The position numbers and the translations under genes are program-made. Below the pieces are notes generated by a model. It had not been told where the DNA came from. It saw only the letters and a program-made list of their open reading frames with translations, and searched no databases. From NCBI GenBank assembly GCA_019113265.1, contig DXHT01000001.1, positions 1,375 through 65,374 of the forward strand: DNA of 64,000 nucleotides, written 5' to 3'. Shown in pieces: positions 41,418 to 46,806 of this stretch. The first letter of the stretch is position 1. The number at the start of each line of letters is the position of its first letter. This stretch comes from Bacillota bacterium (GTDB lineage Bacteria; Bacillota; Clostridia; Christensenellales; Pumilibacteraceae).

Positions 41418-41449
41418 TTGACATGTGGGGGGGGGGGTAATGTTATAAT
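41418..41449 (+). promoter_or_regulatory. consensus-like promoter whose spacer contains a G11 homopolymer
   Basis: TTGACA (41418-41423), 20-nt spacer containing 11 consecutive G (41427-41437), TGtTATAAT extended -10 (41441-41449). Confidence 0.55.
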
Positions 41450-41478
41450 TATGTCAACGATGGGGCTGAATAATATCC

Positions 41479-41937
41479 GTGAAATATGATGATGTTTTTA
41501 TAGTCACATATCCGGCGAAAGGGCAGTTCCTTTCGTCGTTTTTTCATGACGAAAGAGAAAGTTCAATGTTATCTCCGTCGAATAGGCCGAGCGGCGGTAT
41601 GAACCTCTCCTACGGCTTGCTTGCGGGCACCGATCTTCCCGACGGATCCACAAGCGAAGTGGAAAGAAACTGGACGCCGGACAGCGGACGCGGCTACTAT
41701 GCTCAGGCGGCACGTCAGGCGGCAATGCGCATAATGTACGTCGTAGCCAACAGCAATGCCATGAACTTTATCGGTGAGGATACGCGCATAGTATCGTACG
41801 ATCCCGAGTGGTTCGCGGTGCGCGACGCTCTCGTGACTGCGGCAGTCGTGCTCTTCGTCATCAGCGTGGCGGCGGTAGTCGCAACGTCCGTATGGAACGA
41901 GATATGCGATCGTCGCGGTAAACGCAAGGGCGAATAA
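41479..41937 (+). pseudogene. C-terminal remnant of a membrane-anchored GH3 glycosidase paralogue
   Basis: 152-aa GTG-initiated ORF with no clear SD. Residues GTDLPDG...AARQAAMRIMYVVANSNAMNFIGEDTRIVSYDPEW plus a TM segment align by eye with GVDIPDR...AMRESVHHVLYTVVHSAAMNGMTANTRIITIKPDW plus the TM of the 2214-aa GH3 (26824-33468). The catalytic domains are absent. Confidence 0.55.
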
Positions 41938-41960
41938 TCGTGGGCGTTAGTAAATAAGAT

Positions 41961-42008
41961 AAGCACCGCAATGCGGCAGATTGCCGCATTGCGGTGCTTT
42001 ACGTTTTG
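41961..42008 (+). terminator. intrinsic terminator
   Basis: 18-bp perfect stem AAGCACCGCAATGCGGCA/TGCCGCATTGCGGTGCTT, followed by TACGTTTTG. Confidence 0.75.
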
Positions 42009-42110
42009 CGAGCTTAAAGGCAGACGAGCGGGCAGAATTTGCGGCATACGCATGCCAAGAAAATTGTTAGGTATGGCGGCGAAAATTTTACTTAAACCGC
42101 GTCAATACGT

Positions 42111-42139
42111 TTGACAATCGCGCGCAAATGTAGTATTAT
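42111..42139 (+). promoter_or_regulatory. promoter of the tRNA-Leu gene
   Basis: TTGACA (42111-42116), 17-nt spacer, TATTAT (42134-42139), about 28 nt before the tRNA 5' end. Confidence 0.65.
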
Positions 42140-42167
42140 AACAAAGCTGTTAGCGAAAGCGGCACAA

Positions 42168-42250
42168 GCGGTTGTGGCGGAATTGGCAGACGCGCAAGAC
42201 TAAGGATCTTGTGGGCGACCGTGCAGGTTCAACTCCTGTCAACCGCACCA
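42168..42250 (+). tRNA. tRNA-Leu, encoded CCA, anticodon read by hand as AAG
   Basis: 83 nt. Acceptor GCGGTTG/CAACCGC. Leu-type D arm GGCGGAATTGGCAGACGCGC. Anticodon stem CAAGA/TCTTG with loop CTAAGGA. 11-nt variable region. T arm GCAGG-TTCAACT-CCTGT. 3' ACCA. Confidence 0.9.
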
Positions 42251-42252
42251 TG

Positions 42253-42285
42253 AAAAACGGAGCACAGACAAGTGCTCCGTTTTTC
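42253..42285. terminator. intrinsic (bidirectional-type) terminator directly after the tRNA
   Basis: AAAAACGGAGCAC-AGACAA-GTGCTCCGTTTTT, with an A-tract and a T-tract flanking a GC-rich stem. An identical copy lies at 46508-46540. Confidence 0.8.
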
Positions 42286-42304
42286 GCGGTTGACAGGAGT
42301 TGAA
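42286..42304. repeat. inverted 19-nt copy of the tRNA-Leu T-loop/3'-acceptor segment
   Basis: GCGGTTGACAGGAGTTGAA is the exact reverse complement of 42228-42246. The same 19-mer recurs at 46541-46559. Confidence 0.9.
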
Positions 42305-42408
42305 GCTTAAGAAGGCGCGAGGGAACAGAAAACACACTGTGTTTTCCCCGAGCGGGCAAGCAATCTGCGATTGCGCAGCCGACGGATTTTCCGTTAGGGA
42401 AAATCCGT

Positions 42409-42426
42409 CTCCTGTCAACCGCACCA
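42409..42426 (+). repeat. direct 18-nt duplicate of the tRNA-Leu 3' end (att-like remnant)
   Basis: CTCCTGTCAACCGCACCA equals 42233-42250. It ends exactly where the AT-rich DNA begins. Confidence 0.9.
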
Positions 42427-42429
42427 CGA

Positions 42430-42445
42430 ATAACGTAAGTTGAAC
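42430..42445. repeat. left subterminal inverted repeat of the insertion
   Basis: ATAACGTAAGTTGAAC, 3 nt inside the left boundary. Exact reverse complement at 46477-46492 and a direct copy at 46458-46472. Confidence 0.85.
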
Positions 42446-42454
42446 TGATAAGGT

Positions 42455-43027
42455 TTGATTTGCGTTATTTTTTTTTTTTTTACTTTTACCTATGATAGTA
42501 AGTTGCACACGGAAGAATCATTTCGTAAATGCCTGAAGAAAACACTTTCCAATTTCTGCTCCCGAAAGGGCTGGAAATATATCGGCGTTTGGGAACGTTC
42601 GCCCGCAAAAGAAAGACTGCATTTTCATAGTTTGCTTTATATTCCCGACGGCACGATGCTGGAGTTTATGTTTGAGGACAATACATATAGTTTCACTGAG
42701 CACAAAAGGCAAATAACGCTTCAGAATATGTACTTCAAGGAAAGGTTTGGAAGAAAAGACTTCGAGGCGATAGAAGATCAGACAGGACTTCATAAAGCAA
42801 TGCATTACATAATGAAGTATATTGAAAAGTCCGGAGAGAGAATTGTCTACTCCAAAGGACTTCCGCAATTCATCATTTCGGACATTATGGACGACGACGT
42901 TATCTGTCCCATCGGCATGGAAGATCAGAAGCTTCTTCTCTTTGACGACTTTTTGTGTTGGGACGAAGGCTGTTTGATAGGTCCGGTATCGCCCGAAGTG
43001 ATAAGACAACTGCGCACCGTAAACTAA
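42455..43027 (+). CDS. HUH-superfamily rolling-circle Rep-like protein (two-tyrosine type); start uncertain, possibly decayed
   Basis: 190 aa. Motif 1 FTFTY (aa 9-13), motif 2 LHFHSLLY (HUH, aa 55-62), motif 3 YIMKYIEK (Y-x-x-K-Y-x-x-K, aa 118-125). TTG start without a usable SD. A T14 tract encodes FFFF at codons 6-9. Confidence 0.6.
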   Translation: MICVIFFFFTFTYDSKLHTEESFRKCLKKTLSNFCSRKGWKYIGVWERSPAKERLHFHSLLYIPDGTMLEFMFEDNTYSFTEHKRQITLQNMYFKERFGRKDFEAIEDQTGLHKAMHYIMKYIEKSGERIVYSKGLPQFIISDIMDDDVICPIGMEDQKLLLFDDFLCWDEGCLIGPVSPEVIRQLRTVN

Positions 43028-43059
43028 AAAGCTTACGGATAAACGCAAACTATAAATAA

Positions 43060-43240
43060 AACACGGCACAGGCGGTTAAAGGCGAAAATCGGCAAGCGGT
43101 TTAGCGGCGATTTCGACTTCCGTCGCGCGTTTTTATTTGGTTTATTTTTTCGGGTTTTAGTTGTGGGGCGTGTGCTTGCCTCGGCGGAGCGTAGCGGCGC
43201 CGACTTGTATAAGTCAAGCACCCGCCACAGTGCCATTTTT
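43060..43240. other. GC-rich dyad-symmetric non-coding block inside the AT-rich element (candidate replication origin or structured RNA)
   Basis: Imperfect 12-bp stem GGCGTGTGCTTG/CAAGCACCCGCC (43167-43178 / 43215-43226) encloses TCGGCG...CGCCGA and the segment GACTTGTATAAGTC. A T-rich tract lies at 43130-43150. GGCACAGGCGG (43065-43075) can pair with CCGCCACAGTGCC (43222-43234). Confidence 0.35.
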
Positions 43241-43342
43241 CTAAAATTGATTTGTTATATAATGAGTTGTGGCAAATTGATTTATTACAATTTTACTTGA
43301 TTTAGAGCGAGATAAACTTTGCTATAAATTAAATCGCATTAT

Positions 43343-43370
43343 TGCTTTCCGCACCCGATAATGCTATAAT
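43343..43370 (+). promoter_or_regulatory. promoter of the large orphan gene
   Basis: TTGCTT (43343-43348), 16-nt spacer, TGcTATAAT extended -10 (43362-43370). Confidence 0.6.
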
Positions 43371-43395
43371 ATAGGTGCAAAGGGGTAATTTTACA

Positions 43396-46300
43396 ATGGA
43401 CAAATTAAATGCGTTAGTTATTCAAAAAGATATTAAGAATTATATTAAACAATTACAAAAAAAGGAATTGTATTTTTTTGGTGTGCCCGAAGAATTAAGG
43501 TTAAATTCTTCGATAGTTGCGATTGAAAGAGAATTGGGTATACGAAAAACTATTAAAAAGGGGTTCAACATCATAAATAATACTTTTTTTGTTGAAGAAA
43601 TAGTATTGCATAAAGAATGGAACGATGAAATTGTAGAAAAAACAATAACCACGCTTTTTTCTTGTTTTGAAACTTATTTTGAATTTTTACAAGGCGATAT
43701 TTATGAGAATGCTTGCTACTATAAATACAATTTTACACAAGAAGAAATAGATAAATATTCTATTGATATTTTAAAAATCAATTTTAGAAGCTTTATTCAA
43801 TATGATATTGATAATTTTACATTAGCATTTTCAGAAAACGAAATTTTACAATATAATGAAGCGGAAAAACGTAAAATTAATTTAAAAAAATGGTTAGTAA
43901 AGTTTAATAATTGCCAAACTTATGAAGAGTTTAAGCAAGTATATTCAAATTTAAAAAAATCAGCTTTTTCAAATAATTTAAATTTCTTTTTATTCAATTT
44001 CATTTACGGAAACAACGAAAACGTATTTAATATAATTACACAATTTTTAAACGATAACAATATATTTAATTTTGAAAAAGTTTTATGCTTAAAATTTAAT
44101 TCATACGAAGTTTTAAACGCATATGATAACAGTAAATTTTATTCATCTGCTACCGCTAAAAAATGGAAAGACAGATTAAAATTTTTTATTGAAAAACTGG
44201 AAAATAAAGAAATAGCATTTACTACTATTATATATTTTGATAAAGACTTGCATTTTTTCGTATGTCGTGAAATTGGTAAGCCTAAAAATTATCAAAGCAT
44301 TAATGGCTATATTCCTACTTTGGTAGACGCTCATAGGTATTTTGAAACGTTTGACGAATTAGCTAAATTTTTAGATTATGACTTATCAAATTGTGATTTA
44401 TCGCAAGCGATTTTACCTGATTTAGAATTATCAAAATATAAGATTAATGAACAAACGAAATTGCCGATAAATTTTGAGAAAAATTTTACATACAATGTAA
44501 CCAAAATATTTGATAGGTTTAAAAATCATTTTTTAGTTAAACAAATTTGGTTGAATGAATTTGGAAAAATAATCAAAGAATATAATCATACGTTTAATTA
44601 TTTTTGTGATTACGTCCATTTTCTAAAAAATGATTTGTCTGATGCCGATTTATTGTTCTGCGACGGCTTATCTAATGTAATTGATTTTAGTGATTTAAAT
44701 TTAACTAATGCAAAATTAAAAAGTAACATTCTCGATAAACTTGGTGTTAGATATGAACTAATAAGCAATACAGTTGAAAGTTTTGGTCAAACAAAGGCTA
44801 ATGAATTAGAAACAGTAAATGCTTTGATTGCAGAAAGAGAACAGTTAAGTTTTGAAGAAACTCTCAAATGTCAAAAAATTTATTATATTACAGATTTACA
44901 TTTATTACACAGATTGCACAATGCAAATTGCAAAAGCTATTATGATAAATTTTATGTGTTTCAAAAAATAATAGATAGTCTTTTAAACTCTGTTCACAGC
45001 TGGGAAAAGAACATAATTCTTATAGGCGGTGATACCTCTTCTGATTTTGCTTTTTTTGAATTGTTTGTTAAACAATTAAGGACTTCTATTGATGAAAGAA
45101 AATTAGATGTGCAAGTTATTTTTACTCTTGGGAACCACGAATTATGGGATTTTGTCGGAGATAAATTTAATGAATTTGGTGGCTCTAATTTTGATAATAC
45201 CAAAAGAATAACATTTGATGAAATTGTGGATAAATACAGAAAAGTTATTACCGAAAATAAAATGTATTTGCTACAAAATAATCTTATATTTAAATATGAT
45301 TGGAATAGTATTGAAGAGATTAGTGCGGAAGAGATTAAAAATTTATCACAAACGCAACTTTTAAATCGTCTTAAAAAAGCAAGGCTGATTTTATTTGGCG
45401 GATTAGGATTTGCTGGTTGTAATAATGAATTTAATGCAAATCAGTTAATTTATAGGCTTGCAATAAATAGGCAACAAGAAATTGAAGAAAGCAAGAAGTT
45501 TGAAGAACTATATGAAAAAATTTGTGCAGACTTATCTGATAAGCGAGTAATTATATTTACACATATGCCACAAAAAGATTGGTGTTCAAGCAACATGCAA
45601 GTTAAAGGTTTTATTTACGTTAATGGGCATACTCACCGAAATTACTTTTATGATGATGGCGATTACAGATTATATTCTGATAATCAAGTGGGGTATTATC
45701 AAGAAAGGTGTAAATTAAAATACTTTTATTTAGAAGATGATTACGATTTGTTTGCAACCTATGAAAATGGAATTTATGAAATATCAAGAGAAGATTATGT
45801 TGATTTTTATATCGGTAAAAACATAAATATGGACTTTTTTAGAGATTTTGATAAACTCTATATGTTAAAAAAGAATAGATACTATTTGTTTATTTTGCAA
45901 AGCGCAAACGGTAATTTGAATATTCTAAATGGTGGTGCAATAAAGCGGTTAGCAAATAATACAGTACATTACTATTATGAGAATATGGATAGAGTTATTT
46001 CTTATATTAAAACGCCATTAGATAATTTCAGCGATTATCAAAAACAAATTTCTGACGAAATCAAAGCTATCGGGGGTAGCGGTAATATTCACGGCGCGAT
46101 TATTGATATTGATTTTTTTAATCATATTTATGTGAACCCGATTGATTTGAGTGTAACCGCATATTGGGCAAGTGATATTGTAAATAAAATCATATTTGAA
46201 GATACTCCAACGCTTTTAAAATGTAATTGTCCGCAATTATACGCAAATTATTTAAAGCAAATTGAAAGCAAATCAAAAACAGCTCTTGTTTTAAATAAAT

Positions 46301-46446
46301 CTTCGATAGTTAGACCGCCACAATTTTATTTAGATACCGATATATATGGGGCTTCAAGAGAAATTAAGAAAATGCAAAAGTTAAGCTCAAATATTTTAAG
46401 TTTATGGGTTGAGCCTGAAAATAAAAAAATTGAGCAATGGCAATAA
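43396..46446 (+). CDS. orphan ~1016-aa protein: N-terminal unknown region with pentapeptide-like repeats, central calcineurin-type metallophosphoesterase domain, C-terminal unknown region
   Basis: ATG at 43396, 10 nt after AAGGGG, preferred to the GTG at 43375. All five phosphoesterase motifs are present in order: ITDLH, IGGDTSSD, LGNHELW, IFTHMP, NGHTHRN. There are three copies of an F..F.EF/YV.FL..DLS.ADL-type module. Confidence 0.8.
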   Translation: MDKLNALVIQKDIKNYIKQLQKKELYFFGVPEELRLNSSIVAIERELGIRKTIKKGFNIINNTFFVEEIVLHKEWNDEIVEKTITTLFSCFETYFEFLQGDIYENACYYKYNFTQEEIDKYSIDILKINFRSFIQYDIDNFTLAFSENEILQYNEAEKRKINLKKWLVKFNNCQTYEEFKQVYSNLKKSAFSNNLNFFLFNFIYGNNENVFNIITQFLNDNNIFNFEKVLCLKFNSYEVLNAYDNSKFYSSATAKKWKDRLKFFIEKLENKEIAFTTIIYFDKDLHFFVCREIGKPKNYQSINGYIPTLVDAHRYFETFDELAKFLDYDLSNCDLSQAILPDLELSKYKINEQTKLPINFEKNFTYNVTKIFDRFKNHFLVKQIWLNEFGKIIKEYNHTFNYFCDYVHFLKNDLSDADLLFCDGLSNVIDFSDLNLTNAKLKSNILDKLGVRYELISNTVESFGQTKANELETVNALIAEREQLSFEETLKCQKIYYITDLHLLHRLHNANCKSYYDKFYVFQKIIDSLLNSVHSWEKNIILIGGDTSSDFAFFELFVKQLRTSIDERKLDVQVIFTLGNHELWDFVGDKFNEFGGSNFDNTKRITFDEIVDKYRKVITENKMYLLQNNLIFKYDWNSIEEISAEEIKNLSQTQLLNRLKKARLILFGGLGFAGCNNEFNANQLIYRLAINRQQEIEESKKFEELYEKICADLSDKRVIIFTHMPQKDWCSSNMQVKGFIYVNGHTHRNYFYDDGDYRLYSDNQVGYYQERCKLKYFYLEDDYDLFATYENGIYEISREDYVDFYIGKNINMDFFRDFDKLYMLKKNRYYLFILQSANGNLNILNGGAIKRLANNTVHYYYENMDRVISYIKTPLDNFSDYQKQISDEIKAIGGSGNIHGAIIDIDFFNHIYVNPIDLSVTAYWASDIVNKIIFEDTPTLLKCNCPQLYANYLKQIESKSKTALVLNKSSIVRPPQFYLDTDIYGASREIKKMQKLSSNILSLWVEPENKKIEQWQ

Positions 46447-46457
46447 TGAATAAAAAA

Positions 46458-46492
46458 ATAACGTAAGTTGAATTTGGTTCAACTTACGTTAT
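46458..46492. repeat. perfect 15-bp-stem palindrome at the right end of the insertion
   Basis: ATAACGTAAGTTGAA-TTTGG-TTCAACTTACGTTAT. It is preceded by an A-run, so on the minus strand it reads as a hairpin plus T7 (terminator-like). It is followed by the 10-nt palindrome TGGTGCACCA. Confidence 0.85.
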
Positions 46493-46499
46493 GGGTGGT

Positions 46500-46575
46500 G
46501 CACCATGAAAAACGGAGCACAGACAAGTGCTCCGTTTTTCGCGGTTGACAGGAGTTGAAGCTTAAGAAGGCGCGA
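46500..46575. repeat. right copy of the 76-nt perfect direct repeat
   Basis: Identical to 42245-42320. It is followed by a longer variant of the GAAAACA...TGTTTTC hairpin, the conserved 35-nt block (46616-46650) and a third, diverged hairpin. Confidence 0.95.
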
Positions 46576-46806
46576 AGCGTTAAGAAAACAGGACTGAATG
46601 TCCTGTTTTCAGCGTAGCGGGCAAGCAATCTGCGATTGCGCAGCCGACGGGGTTTCCGAAGAAAAACCCTTTTTCTGTCGGATAAAATGAAATCAAAAGC
46701 ATAAAGACCGCCGGAATTTGACCATCCAAACATGCGTTGCGAGGGTCATTTCCATATTCCGCAAATTTCAGGTATAAAATGCCGATGAGAGTCAAAAATA
46801 CCGCAT

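Larger units (their letters stand above)
42245..42320. repeat. left copy of the 76-nt perfect direct repeat flanking the AT-rich insertion
   Basis: GCACCATGAAAAACGG...GAAGGCGCGA is identical base for base to 46500-46575. It begins with the last 6 nt of the tRNA. A second conserved 35-nt block (42351-42385 = 46616-46650) follows after a diverged hairpin. Confidence 0.95.
42427..46499. mobile_element. AT-rich integrated element: Rep-like gene, ori-like block, orphan metallophosphoesterase gene; integrase-less
   Basis: Abrupt composition shift: 16/60 G+C at 43441-43500 versus 34/60 at 46861-46920. Ile codons are mostly ATT, unlike the host preference for ATA. Bracketed by GCACCA, tRNA-derived repeats and the 76-nt direct repeat. 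16-nt inverted termini. Confidence 0.6.

Noticed and set aside
42286-42426. Possibility of a second tRNA, tmRNA or intron-containing tRNA encoded by the tRNA-like ends of unit 1
   Set aside because: Only the acceptor and T-stem strands are present. No D arm, anticodon arm or T arm with a correctly placed loop can be drawn on either strand.
42150-42508. Minus-strand ORFs 42150-42359, 42239-42508 and 46479-46733 that share the peptide ...ALSFNSCQPRKTEHLSVLRFSWC
   Set aside because: The shared peptide is a by-product of the 76-nt DNA repeat. The ORFs run through the tRNA gene and terminator hairpins and have no start context.
42518-43069. 183-aa minus-strand ORF inside the island
   Set aside because: It is fully antisense to the Rep-like ORF, which carries ordered HUH motifs. 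It has no motifs of its own.
43033-43236. 67-aa highly basic minus-strand ORF in the GC-rich block
   Set aside because: It coincides with dyad-symmetric non-coding-looking sequence and has no SD. The basic, low-complexity composition looks like a translation artefact.
43060-43240. Idea that the GC-rich structured block is a retron msr/msd or a CRISPR/guide RNA locus
   Set aside because: There is no reverse transcriptase, no Cas gene and no repeat-spacer periodicity anywhere in the window.
42427-46499. Idea that the insertion is a Microviridae-type prophage because of the phiX-like Rep motifs
   Set aside because: There is no capsid, scaffold or pilot-protein gene. The only other gene is the phosphoesterase protein.
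42111-46806. Search for a tyrosine or serine recombinase, relaxase, toxin-antitoxin pair or restriction-modification genes in or beside the island
   Set aside because: None of the six-frame ORFs in this interval or its immediate flanks shows the relevant motifs. The next host gene (46807) is an FAD/Rieske oxidoreductase.
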